Origin: Candidatus Sumerlaeaceae bacterium
GTDB taxonomy: Bacteria; Sumerlaeota; Sumerlaeia; Sumerlaeales; Sumerlaeaceae
DNA: 64,000 nucleotides
Assembly: GCA_019695055.1 (NCBI GenBank)
Contig: JAIBAT010000063.1
Span: 6,220 to 70,219 of the forward strand
Direction of reading: 5' to 3'
Below, one piece after another: positions 36,943 to 46,329 of the stretch. The position numbers and the translations under genes were made by a program. The notes below the pieces were generated by a model. That model did no database searches, was not told where the DNA came from, and saw only the letters and a list, made by a program, of their open reading frames with translations. Positions within the stretch are counted from its first letter, which is position 1. Every line of letters begins with the position of its first letter.

Positions 36943-39372
36943 TTATGACGGCGCCTTCTGTCGGCGCCGACGCGTCCACAATAATCCGGCCAGCCACAGG
37001 CCGCCCCCAATACACGTCATGACGGCGCCCACGCTGAATCCCGGCGCGGAATAACTCAGATTAACAGTGTGACTCCCCGACAATAACGGCAATGCCCGCC
37101 CCACCGCATTGGCTCGATACAGCTTCGCGGGCAGGCCATCCACGGTTGCAGTCCAGCCCGGCAGCAACTGATCCATCATGACAAGCCAACCGGCGGCGGG
37201 CATTTCGGCCTGAATGATGATGCTTTCCGGCCGGTTGCTCCCGATGACCTTGATATGCGGCGCGGGGAGACCAGTGACATTCCCCGATCCCATCCCCGGC
37301 GGCACATCTTCGATCAGCACTTCCCTCGCCGGGTCAAAACCCAATGCATTCACTTCTGTCAGTGGATCTGTGGTCACCCGGGCCTCAGTTGCCACATAAT
37401 ACATAGGCATAGCGCCGGTGGTTTCGTAAAGCGAAAGTGTATCCTTCCGGGCGATCCTGCTCCAGCCTGCCGCAGGCGTGGGGGCATCCGCCCGCTTCCG
37501 GCGCAGCAGGAATCGCATCCCTAGCGACTGTGTCAGCGGCGACGTCGTTGCCGTACTTAGCGACGGCGGTGGCAACGTGAACGCCACCTTCTGGCTGCGG
37601 AGAATTGCCTGCCCATAACGGTAACTCGCAGTGGGTTCATTCCCCCAGACGCTTTGTACCCCGGTGCCCATGGCCTGGCACTGGTCCACGGACAAGCCCT
37701 CAATACCGATTCGCCAGGAGTCGCCTGCATTGTGAAGTGGCGTTGTGATTTCGGCCGGCCATTTGATGCTTTGCGGGGAGAAGGAGGTCCGGTAGGGCCA
37801 CCCAAATACCAACAGTTCCACGCCAACACATCCCGCCAATAACACTGGCGCCACGCGTCGGGCCATTCCCGAGCCGGCCAATGCCATCAATCCCAGCCCC
37901 GCCACCGCCGAGGCCCCTGCGGCAAGCATTGCCGTTTCAAAACTCCTAAACAGCGCCGACAACACTTCCGGCGTCAAATCCTTCGGTGACACATAGGGCA
38001 TTCGCGTCAGCATCATACCCCGAAATACCGCCGATTCGCCACCGCGCCAGAAAATTGTCAAGTAGCCCACGGTGCCCGCAAGAATTGCCGCTGCCGCAAT
38101 GCCAAGGCCTTTGCGAACCAGTTTTCGTTCTTCCGCTGAGTTCCAGGATAGTCGGTCCAGTCCCAGCGATGCCAACTGCGACCACCCGAACGCCGCGACA
38201 AAAAGAAACCGCCCCGGATTTCGAAACAATCCGAAACCCGGAAACCATCTGTGCAGCATCGGGAATAACCCAGAGTTGGCTCCCAAGGCCAGAAATCCCC
38301 CCAACACACAAAGCGCAAGGCAGGCCCGGTGGTAGGGTGGACAAGACCTCCAGTTTGCCAGCGCGCCTAGCGCCAGCAGCAAAGTCGTAACCCCGACAAA
38401 CCCGCAGACCTCCCAGTGCGATTCGCCCCCCGTGTATTTTTGTCCCCCCGGCCGACCTCCAAATGCCCACGGAGCCCCATACGTTATCAAATCCTGCACT
38501 GGCTGGCTGCCCGCTTCATAATAGGCCATCGGTGCGTTTCCAGCACGAACCGTTTCCGCCGAGTAAAGCAGCGTCGGGTACGCCTGTATGCCGCAGAGCA
38601 ATCCCGCCAGCATCAAAGCCAGTCCCACGGATGCGGTGGCTCGCAGCATTCCGACCTTGTCGGGCGTACCGAAGTGGAACAGCCACCCGCAATGCAACAC
38701 AGCCAGCACGAGGAGCGACATATAAACCATTTGCGGGTGCCCGGCAAGAAACTGCATTGCTAACGCAGCGGCAAGTATCAGTGCGGGGCCACTCACCAGA
38801 CGCCGCGACGAAACGGCATTGAGCCAGGCCCACACCATGACCGGAAGCCATGGCCACTCCAACACAAACACCAGGTGCCCGGCCCACCAGTGCAGCACGG
38901 CGAAACCCGAAAACCCAAAAACCAGCGCCGCGACAAAAGCCGCCGGTCGGCTCCTTCCCAACCTACGCCCCAGGCCATAGGTCGCCGCCACCCCAAACCA
39001 GAAATGGGCAATCATCTGGAAGTTCAGGACCATGCCCACAGGGAGAAAGGCGAACAGGAGGTTCGGTGGGTAGAAAATGGCGGATTGCCCGGATGCGAGA
39101 AACGGCGTTCCCGCCATAAGATGCGGGTTCCAAAATGGAATGCGGCCCTTCGCCAGCGTCTCGCCCAAAAAACCGCGCTTCCACAGCCACTCCGACGCCA
39201 CGTCCCCCGAAACAGAAGACAGAATTCGTCCCCCGGTGGTCAGGGGAGCAAAATAAATTAACACCAGCGCGCCAAGCAGGGCCACCACCAGCCAATCCCG
39301 CCTGTCCCAATCCTGCGCCGACTCATCTCTTCCGGAAAAATCCGCGACGGGCAGCGGCACCGGAGGTGTCAT
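36943..39372 (-). CDS. YfhO-family-like large polytopic membrane protein (putative glycosyltransferase/glycan-modifying)
   Basis: 809 aa; N-terminal GRIPFWNPHLMAGTPFLA block resembles the YfhO PLWNP motif; many TM helices. Confidence 0.5.
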   Translation of the reverse strand: MTPPVPLPVADFSGRDESAQDWDRRDWLVVALLGALVLIYFAPLTTGGRILSSVSGDVASEWLWKRGFLGETLAKGRIPFWNPHLMAGTPFLASGQSAIFYPPNLLFAFLPVGMVLNFQMIAHFWFGVAATYGLGRRLGRSRPAAFVAALVFGFSGFAVLHWWAGHLVFVLEWPWLPVMVWAWLNAVSSRRLVSGPALILAAALAMQFLAGHPQMVYMSLLVLAVLHCGWLFHFGTPDKVGMLRATASVGLALMLAGLLCGIQAYPTLLYSAETVRAGNAPMAYYEAGSQPVQDLITYGAPWAFGGRPGGQKYTGGESHWEVCGFVGVTTLLLALGALANWRSCPPYHRACLALCVLGGFLALGANSGLFPMLHRWFPGFGLFRNPGRFLFVAAFGWSQLASLGLDRLSWNSAEERKLVRKGLGIAAAAILAGTVGYLTIFWRGGESAVFRGMMLTRMPYVSPKDLTPEVLSALFRSFETAMLAAGASAVAGLGLMALAGSGMARRVAPVLLAGCVGVELLVFGWPYRTSFSPQSIKWPAEITTPLHNAGDSWRIGIEGLSVDQCQAMGTGVQSVWGNEPTASYRYGQAILRSQKVAFTLPPPSLSTATTSPLTQSLGMRFLLRRKRADAPTPAAGWSRIARKDTLSLYETTGAMPMYYVATEARVTTDPLTEVNALGFDPAREVLIEDVPPGMGSGNVTGLPAPHIKVIGSNRPESIIIQAEMPAAGWLVMMDQLLPGWTATVDGLPAKLYRANAVGRALPLLSGSHTVNLSYSAPGFSVGAVMTCIGGGLWLAGLLWTRRRRQKAPS

Positions 39373-40772
39373 TTCCGGGTCCCGGCTTCAAAGCGTCGCA
39401 GACCTCGATCCAGCACGGCTTCCAGCCTCCTGAAAGCTTCGCTGGTGGCCTGATCAACTGTTAAAATGGGATTCCCCGTGCGGCTGTCCCGCAGCAGCGC
39501 CTTCTGGATCTGTTGCTGCAACACCCAGTCGATACGCTCACCGCCGGGGACCAGCGGGAACATCACCCCTGCCGGGAACAACTCAAACACGTTTCCCAGC
39601 GCGGCATTATCCGCCCACAGGTTGCCCGTGCTCTTCAGCGAGGGGTAGCAGTTCTCGTACTTCAGGACCTTCTGTCCTTCGCCGCTGATAAGGAACCGCG
39701 CGAATTTCGCGCACAGTGCCCTCTTGCGGGAATCCTTCTGTTTGAAAACCACATAGGTCGTCAGGCCCGACGACCCGAGAATCGGCGTTGTCCCCTCATC
39801 GTTTGGCGGCGCGGCAATAGCCCAGTGGATGGGCTTCTCAATCTCGTCCAGCCGCCCCGCGGCACGCTTCTTCGCGTTGGTTTCCTCCACCGCCTCGTTG
39901 GCCACCTGTACCGCCGTGATGCACCATCCCCCCTGGAACGTCACCGCACAGTTTCGCCCGTCACGCCACACGTTCCAGCTCTGCTCCTGCGTCATGGCCC
40001 CCACGCCTGGCATGCAAACCTTGTACTTGTACTCGAGGTCCACCAGCCTCTGCAAACCCTCGCGAAACGCCGCCGAGTTCACCCCGATCTCCGCCGTTCC
40101 GTCCGGCCTTGCCGACACGATGCGCCCGCCGTTCATGTAAATGATCGAGTAGGCTTCATACTCCATCGGTCCAAGGTTCGTGACCAAGCCGTAATGCTGC
40201 CGCCCCTCCACCGTTGTGGTCAGCGCATCCATCTTCTTCAGGAACTCACCCCACGTCCAGCGCCCGTTCTTCGGCGGCTCCACCCCAAACTTCTCGAACA
40301 AATCCAAATTCAGAAGCGCCACATAGCACGCCTTGAACCACGGGATTGCGTAGATTTGCCCGCGATACGTCACCGCGTCGAGATAATCGGGATAGAAGTC
40401 GTCCTTGATGTCGGCCAGGTAATCATTGAGCGGCTCCAGGACCTCCTGCGAGATGTACATCGGCGACACGTTCACCTGCCCGCACACGTCCGGCGGCCTC
40501 CCGGAATTCACGGAAAGCGTCACCTTCTGCTGCCCATCCTGCCACGGCAGGCGAGTGTAGCGGATCTTCACTCCCGGATTCTCGCGCTCGAAGCGCGCCA
40601 TGGCTTCGGTCAAGTAGGCTGCAGTTTTCGGCAACCGTGGGAAATCCCAGAACTCGATGGTAATGGGTGTACCCGCATCCGCTGTTGCTGCCGATGCCCG
40701 GCGGCCGAACGCAGCCATTCCGATAACGAGGAGGGCGGTAACCAGAAGTGCATGATGGCGGCGGAATTTCAC
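39369..40772 (-). CDS. ABC transporter substrate-binding protein, family 1 (carbohydrate type)
   Basis: GTG start with RBS GGGGAAAGGTGA; signal peptide MKFRRHHALLVTALLVIGMAAF; 4-nt overlap with the downstream YfhO-like gene. Confidence 0.6.
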   Translation of the reverse strand: MKFRRHHALLVTALLVIGMAAFGRRASAATADAGTPITIEFWDFPRLPKTAAYLTEAMARFERENPGVKIRYTRLPWQDGQQKVTLSVNSGRPPDVCGQVNVSPMYISQEVLEPLNDYLADIKDDFYPDYLDAVTYRGQIYAIPWFKACYVALLNLDLFEKFGVEPPKNGRWTWGEFLKKMDALTTTVEGRQHYGLVTNLGPMEYEAYSIIYMNGGRIVSARPDGTAEIGVNSAAFREGLQRLVDLEYKYKVCMPGVGAMTQEQSWNVWRDGRNCAVTFQGGWCITAVQVANEAVEETNAKKRAAGRLDEIEKPIHWAIAAPPNDEGTTPILGSSGLTTYVVFKQKDSRKRALCAKFARFLISGEGQKVLKYENCYPSLKSTGNLWADNAALGNVFELFPAGVMFPLVPGGERIDWVLQQQIQKALLRDSRTGNPILTVDQATSEAFRRLEAVLDRGLRRFEAGTRK

Positions 40773-40916
40773 AATGTAATCACCTTTCCCCCCAATGGCC
40801 CACATTCAAGGCCGACTTGGCCTTTCAGGTCGGCTAATTGTGCTGGCTGGCCTGCATGTGTATTTTTATCGCCAGCCTTTGACATTGGTTTTTGCCCCCG
40901 AGCGTATTTGATTTCC

Positions 40917-41732
40917 GTGAGCCCTACATTGTCACTTCCGGGAGAAGTTCTGGCGGCGCGGGTGAAGTATCCCCTGACGCCGCAGGAACGCGAACTTCTC
41001 CTGCAGATTGTCCCCGAACGCCTGCCGCGCCATATTGCCATCATCATGGACGGTAACGGCCGCTGGGCGCGCCAGGCCGGGTTCCGCGACCGCATCCGCG
41101 GTCACGAGGCCGGCATCGATTCCGTCCGAACCGCCGTGCGCGCCTGCGGCGAGCTTCACCTGCGCGCCCTCACGCTGTATGCCTTCTCTGTCGAAAACTG
41201 GCAGCGCCCGAAGAAGGAAGTGGACGCCCTCATGCGCCTCCTGATCCGCTTTCTGAACGAGGAAATCCCCGAACTGAACGAAAACAACGTCCGCTTGGTC
41301 GCCTCGGGCCGCACGCAGGACTTGTCCGACGAATGCCGCCGCGCCCTTGATAACACAATGGCAGTTACGGCCGGCAACACGGGCCTCGTCCTGAACCTCG
41401 CCCTCAGCTATGGCGGCCGCACCGAGATCATCGAGGCCGTGCGCCAGATCGCCACCGAAGCTCTTGCGGGCACTCTCGACCCCGTCTCCCTCACCGAGGA
41501 AGCCTTTTCCGCCCGTCTCTATCATCCCGAGCTCGGCGATCCGGACCTCCTCGTCCGCACCAGCGGCGAATTCCGCGTCTCCAATTTCCTGCTCTGGCAG
41601 ATTGCCTACACGGAAATCTACGTCACTCCAACGCTGTGGCCCGATTTCCGCCGCGCTCATCTGTACGAGGCCATCCTGGACTATGAGAAGCGCGAGCGCC
41701 GCTTCGGAAAAGTCCTGGAGAAGCCATCCTGA
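40917..41732 (+). CDS. uppS: isoprenyl transferase (undecaprenyl diphosphate synthase); start codon uncertain
   Basis: HIAIIMDGNGRWA...LTLYAFSVENWQRP...RTSGEFRVSNFLLWQIAYTE. Confidence 0.8.
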   Translation: MSPTLSLPGEVLAARVKYPLTPQERELLLQIVPERLPRHIAIIMDGNGRWARQAGFRDRIRGHEAGIDSVRTAVRACGELHLRALTLYAFSVENWQRPKKEVDALMRLLIRFLNEEIPELNENNVRLVASGRTQDLSDECRRALDNTMAVTAGNTGLVLNLALSYGGRTEIIEAVRQIATEALAGTLDPVSLTEEAFSARLYHPELGDPDLLVRTSGEFRVSNFLLWQIAYTEIYVTPTLWPDFRRAHLYEAILDYEKRERRFGKVLEKPS

Positions 41733-41827
41733 CCCCGCCCCGCAAAGCCAGCCGCGCGCGTGTTGCCATTGTTGCGGCGTTTGTCACTGTTCTCGCCATC
41801 GGCTACAGTGAGCTCTTCTTCCTTCTT

Positions 41828-42589
41828 GTGGCCCTCGCCCTCTTCGGTGGTCTCATGGCCACCTACGAGTACCACCGCATGAGCCGCGCCAAGGGAATCG
41901 AAAGCTCCCTCCTCGTCGGCATCGTTGGCAGTACCGCACTCATTCTTGCGGGCCTTTCCGATTCCGAGACCTTCATTCGTGCCCTGCCGGGAATTCTCGC
42001 TGTTCTGGTTATTGCAGCGTTCCTGACCCAAATGATCGCCCGCGCCAGCGACGACGCCTTCCGTGCCGTCTCGGTCACGGCCTTCGGCCCCATTTATGTC
42101 GCCCTGCCCCTCGCCCTCGGCTTCCAACTTATGAAACCCGAGCGCCTCGTGGTCCTGTTTGTCATCCTCATGGTCTGGGCCACCGACACTGGCGCCTACT
42201 ACATCGGCTGCAAGTTTGGCCGCCACAAGCTGATGCCCAGCCTGAGTCCCAAGAAGACCTGGGAGGGCGCCCTCGGCGGCGTGGCCGCCTGTGTTCTCGC
42301 TGCGCTGGCGTTTAAGCGCCTCGTTCCCGCCGTCAGCTTCAGCCTCGGCTGGGGAGATGTGCTGGTTCTCGGCTGCCTCGTCTCCATCTTCGCAGAGCTC
42401 GGCGACCTTGCCGAGTCTGCCCTCAAGCGAGACGCTGGCGTCAAGGATAGCGGGTCCGCCATGCGCGGCCACGGCGGCGCCCTGGACCGCTTGGACTCGC
42501 TCCTCTTTGCCTTCGCAGTGACTTACGTCTACCTGTTGGCCACCGGCCACCTTGGCCTGCCTGCGCCGGAAACGCTGCCCTACCAATAA
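41828..42589 (+). CDS. cdsA: phosphatidate cytidylyltransferase
   Basis: C-terminal ...SALKRDAGVKDSGSAMRGHGGALDRLDSLLF matches CdsA; polytopic. Confidence 0.75.
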   Translation: MALALFGGLMATYEYHRMSRAKGIESSLLVGIVGSTALILAGLSDSETFIRALPGILAVLVIAAFLTQMIARASDDAFRAVSVTAFGPIYVALPLALGFQLMKPERLVVLFVILMVWATDTGAYYIGCKFGRHKLMPSLSPKKTWEGALGGVAACVLAALAFKRLVPAVSFSLGWGDVLVLGCLVSIFAELGDLAESALKRDAGVKDSGSAMRGHGGALDRLDSLLFAFAVTYVYLLATGHLGLPAPETLPYQ

Positions 42590-42623
42590 AAGAAAAGCGC
42601 CGCCGGGTTGCCCCGACGGCGCT
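42586..42623 (-). terminator. rho-independent terminator for the 42657 pseudopilin gene
   Basis: GCGCCGCCGGG-TTGC-CCCGACGGCGC hairpin; T-run on the minus sense. Confidence 0.4.
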
Positions 42624-42656
42624 TAAATCAAACGCAGTTCAACTCTGAGCTACGTG

Positions 42657-43355
42657 TCAGTTTTGACCATTCGTTGCTGTTGTTATGACCGGATTGTAAG
42701 GAATGCTACCCTCCGAGCTTCTTGCAGTACGAATAATATTACCTACACTAACAGTTCCGTTAGTCGGGTCGTAACGTGTATAAACACGGTTAACGCCAAG
42801 TAACGACGGCACGGCAGTGTCGAAATTTCCCGCCTGGTCGGGCCCGAAGGAATAGAACAGCCATCCACCCGTCATTTCAATTCGGGCACCATAATTGGTA
42901 ACCAAGGATGGACTGGCGACATTGGCTTCCAGGAATTCATAATAATTGAAATACGTGTAACGATATCCCGTTCCTTCGCCATAGACGTTTGGGGCCAGCG
43001 GCGGAGGGTTGGTCTTTGGCAAAAAGACATCCTGACCCAATGATGTGATGTAAGCAATGGGTGTGGATATCCATGATGGAACCCTGGAATGGAAAGGGAA
43101 ATTCCCTGCGGTATTGCTTGGTGTTAATCCGGCGTTGGGGTAGTCGGCGGCCGGAGGATATTTGTTCCCATCCACACGATACGATTCCAAAGCCGTTGCA
43201 ATGGACCGCATATCTGCCTTGGTACGACTGACCTTGGCGCGCGTTTGCGCCTCAAGGAAGTTGGGAACCGCTATCGCTGCGAGAATCGCAATGATTGCCA
43301 CAACGATGAGCAGCTCGATAAGGGTAAAACCACGAAAACTAATAGGTTTTCTCAT
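42657..43355 (-). CDS. GspG-like prepilin-type pseudopilin
   Basis: MRKPISFRG|FTLIELLIVVAIIAILAAIAVPNFLEAQTRAKVSRTKADMRSIATALESYRVDGNKYPP; RBS AAAGGA. Confidence 0.7.
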   Translation of the reverse strand: MRKPISFRGFTLIELLIVVAIIAILAAIAVPNFLEAQTRAKVSRTKADMRSIATALESYRVDGNKYPPAADYPNAGLTPSNTAGNFPFHSRVPSWISTPIAYITSLGQDVFLPKTNPPPLAPNVYGEGTGYRYTYFNYYEFLEANVASPSLVTNYGARIEMTGGWLFYSFGPDQAGNFDTAVPSLLGVNRVYTRYDPTNGTVSVGNIIRTARSSEGSIPYNPVITTATNGQN

Positions 43356-43562
43356 TTGAGCACCCATCCTTTATGATTATGGTATAAAGAGCACCGCCAC
43401 AGGGACACAAAAGCGCCCCAAGGCAACCGATGTTTCTATGTGGCGTTTCGCGCCCCAGTCAAAGCAATTCGCATTTGGCGCGATCCCAAAGGACGCCAAT
43501 GAAAACGGGTGGGTCCCAAGGTAACCCACCCGATCTCTAAGACAAACCCAGTTTGATTTGGA

Positions 43563-44234
43563 TTACGGCGTTGTGTAGAAGTATGCCACCGTTCCCAATT
43601 TGTCGCCACTGCCTTGCGTCCGGAAAACATTGCCGAGGCTGACGGTGCCATTAGTTGGATCATAGTCGCGGTAAACACGCTGGCCCACTACGGCAACTGC
43701 GCCTGGAGTGTTGAACTCATCGCGATCTGGCCCTATGGAGTACATCAACCAGGCCCCTGCCAGCTTCGTGGCTTCGGTGAAGTTGTTCACGTTCGGGGGG
43801 GCGAGAGACGGCGTGACAAAGTAGTACTTAAAGTTGAAGTAGATCTGCCGACGCTCCACGAGGTTTAACGGAGGCGTCAGGGCGCCAACTGTCGTAGAGC
43901 GGAATGGATCCTCGGGCAGGCTGGTCATGTAGGAGATCGGGGTGGTGATATAGTTCGGAACGCGGGAGTGAAACGGTGGGGTCACCAGAGTACCCCACGT
44001 CAGGGTGCCTCCAAATGTCGTGTCCCAAGCTGGCGGATAGGCATTGTTGTCTACTGCATAGGCCTCCAGCCCCGTGGCCAGCGACCTCAAATCTGCCTTG
44101 TTACGACTAACCTTTGAGCGCACTTGCGCCTCAAGGAAGTTGGGAACCGCTATCGCCGCGAGAATCGCAATGATTGCCACGACGATGAGCAATTCGATAA
44201 GGGTAAAACCACGACAACTAATAGGTTTTCTCAT
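43563..44234 (-). CDS. GspG-like prepilin-type pseudopilin (tandem paralog)
   Basis: MRKPISCRG|FTLIELLIVVAIIAILAAIAVPNFLEAQVRSKVSRNKADLRSLATGLEAYAVDNNAYPP; same RBS context. Confidence 0.7.
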   Translation of the reverse strand: MRKPISCRGFTLIELLIVVAIIAILAAIAVPNFLEAQVRSKVSRNKADLRSLATGLEAYAVDNNAYPPAWDTTFGGTLTWGTLVTPPFHSRVPNYITTPISYMTSLPEDPFRSTTVGALTPPLNLVERRQIYFNFKYYFVTPSLAPPNVNNFTEATKLAGAWLMYSIGPDRDEFNTPGAVAVVGQRVYRDYDPTNGTVSLGNVFRTQGSGDKLGTVAYFYTTP

Positions 44235-44516
44235 TTGAGTACCCGTCCTTTACTGAGAGTGATATGTATGGCGTAACCATGTTCCACAAAGGGGCCCATG
44301 GCAAATTGGAGAATTAGGGTTCGCGGTGGCCGGAGTCAAAGCAATTCGCTTTTGTGCTTCGTTCCGCCTTCCGGGGGCAATCGCCTCTTACCTGTCCACG
44401 GCCCTGCAATTGATAAACCGCCCTCAAAACAGACTGCTGAGAATCCTCCATCCTTGGAACCCCGCTCCCGTTCCCGCAGTCTAAGTTCCTAATTCGAACA
44501 AGGAGGCACATCCCCC

Positions 44517-44945
44517 ATGCCCACTGTTTCCGAAATTCTTCGCCGCAAGGGCGACGACGTTTTCACTGTTTCCCCCACAGCCACAGCCATGGACGCCATT
44601 CGCGCCATGAACAATCATCGCCTCGGTGCCGTTGTCGTGGTGGATGACGGCCAGGTTGTCGGGATGTTCACCGAGCGCGATGTGCTGGTGCGGCTCCTCG
44701 GCGCCAGCCTCGACCCCGAGTCCACCCGCGTGGAGGATGTGATGACCACCCCGGTGGCCTATTGCACTACGAACACGCCGCTGACCGAGTGCAAATCCAT
44801 CTTCACGGAACGTCGCATACGCCACCTGCCCGTGATGGAGGACGACCGTCTGGCCGGAATGGTCACAAGCGGCGACATCCTTGCGTTCGAAGCCACCGAC
44901 CACGAACAGACCATCCGCTACCTCGAGTCCTACATCCAGAGCTAA
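44517..44945 (+). CDS. CBS-pair domain protein
   Basis: Two CBS-like repeats (...LGAVVVVDDGQVVGMFTERDVL / ...RHLPVMEDDRLAGMVTSGDIL); RBS AAGGAGG. Confidence 0.7.
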   Translation: MPTVSEILRRKGDDVFTVSPTATAMDAIRAMNNHRLGAVVVVDDGQVVGMFTERDVLVRLLGASLDPESTRVEDVMTTPVAYCTTNTPLTECKSIFTERRIRHLPVMEDDRLAGMVTSGDILAFEATDHEQTIRYLESYIQS

Positions 44946-44960
44946 GGCGGAAGGCGGCGT

Positions 44961-46148
44961 CTACCCCATCGCCGCGGCGAGGGGTTTCCAGCCGCTCAGG
45001 TCGTTAAGGCGGTTCATCATAAGGTTGTACTGATCGCCGTAAAGCCTGCGGATCGTATCCTCATTGATGCGGCGCGGCTTCTGGTGCCACAGCCGGTACA
45101 CGCAGTTGCCCATGGAGATGTTGCGGTCCGTTTCCAGGCTCTGCTCCAGGCGGCCAAAGTCGCTTTGTCGCAGGTAATTCTTTTCCGCGTAGGTGATGTT
45201 GAGGATTTCGTAAATTGGGAACACACCCGAGCCATCCACGGCCTTTAGCAATTGCTGGCTGATGATGCCGCGCAGAGTCGTGGCAAGCCGCGCGTGGAAT
45301 TCCCCCTCGCCGCCGCTGGCCGCGCCCGCGCCCAGCACGATGTGCTGCAATCGGCTAATAGCCGGGATGGCGCCGATGGCGTGAAGCGTGCAGAACGACA
45401 TGATACCCGTTTCCGCCGCATTCAGGGCAATTGTGGCTGTCTCCTGGTCGCGCACTTCGCCGATGAGCAGCACGTCCGGGTTCTTGCGCACGCTCGCGCG
45501 AAGCGCGTGGGCGAAGTCCGGCGTGTCGCGACCGATTTCGCGCCGTGTCACCAGGCACTTGTCGCTGTGGATCGTGTATTCCACAGGGTTCTCAATCGTC
45601 GTGATGGATCCCAACCGGTTGTGATTGATGTAATCCAGCATCGCGGCGATGGTCGTCGTCTTGCCGGAGCTGGTTTCTCCCGCCACGATGATGAGTCCGC
45701 TCTCCGTCGCGATGAGTTTCTTCAGCATGTCGGCATCCACGCCGATCTTATCGATCGGGATCAGGTTGGCGCGCAGGTACCGCATGACGAGGTAGTAGCG
45801 GCGGCCATTTGCGAAACCCACGTTGATGCGGCCCGTCGCATCTTCAAAGTCCATGGAGAAATCGCTGTCGGCATGCTTGCGGAATTCGTCGAGCTGGTCC
45901 TGCGCCAGCGCAAATTCCATGATCTCCTCGATGTCGCGCCGCGTCACCACGGGGTGATCCTTGCTCTCGATGGGGAGCAAATCCCCCTGGATGCGCACCC
46001 GGGGGCGTTCCCCCTCCATCAGGTGGATATCCGAGCCGTTCTTGTCCTTTACGAGCGCCACGATGCGCTCGAGCAGAAGCATTCCGCCCGAAGTCGGGCT
46101 GCCTGAGCCCTGGTGTTCGTGGGTCATCCCCTCTGGGGCATCCTGCAT
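44961..46148 (-). CDS. pilT: type IV pilus retraction ATPase PilT/PilU family
   Basis: GETSSGKTTT Walker A; ITTIENPVEY...DVLLIGEVRDQETA...AETGIMSFCTLHA. Confidence 0.75.
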   Translation of the reverse strand: MQDAPEGMTHEHQGSGSPTSGGMLLLERIVALVKDKNGSDIHLMEGERPRVRIQGDLLPIESKDHPVVTRRDIEEIMEFALAQDQLDEFRKHADSDFSMDFEDATGRINVGFANGRRYYLVMRYLRANLIPIDKIGVDADMLKKLIATESGLIIVAGETSSGKTTTIAAMLDYINHNRLGSITTIENPVEYTIHSDKCLVTRREIGRDTPDFAHALRASVRKNPDVLLIGEVRDQETATIALNAAETGIMSFCTLHAIGAIPAISRLQHIVLGAGAASGGEGEFHARLATTLRGIISQQLLKAVDGSGVFPIYEILNITYAEKNYLRQSDFGRLEQSLETDRNISMGNCVYRLWHQKPRRINEDTIRRLYGDQYNLMMNRLNDLSGWKPLAAAMG

Positions 46149-46329
46149 GGGTCAATTCCTCCCGTGGTCCGGCAGGCAAGAAATGCGGGGGAAAACCGTA
46201 GTACTTTGCCAAGCCACTGATTGAAGAACCTATTCCTGCAAAAACACTTCGCAAGCAAACTTTCTGCACGATTAGACAGCCAGGGGGGCGACCTCTTTTT
46301 CCTTCCCTTCGTCGCCAAGGTCCCGCCAC

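Noticed and set aside
39513-40916. 5' two-thirds of the 739-aa plus-strand ORF that runs into uppS
   Set aside because: Only the last ~270 codons match UppS. The upstream part is antisense to the well-supported minus-strand solute-binding protein gene and is Arg/Pro/His-rich shadow sequence.
41681-42586. 301-aa minus-strand ORF antisense to cdsA
   Set aside because: Shadow ORF. cdsA on the plus strand has the diagnostic C-terminal CdsA block.
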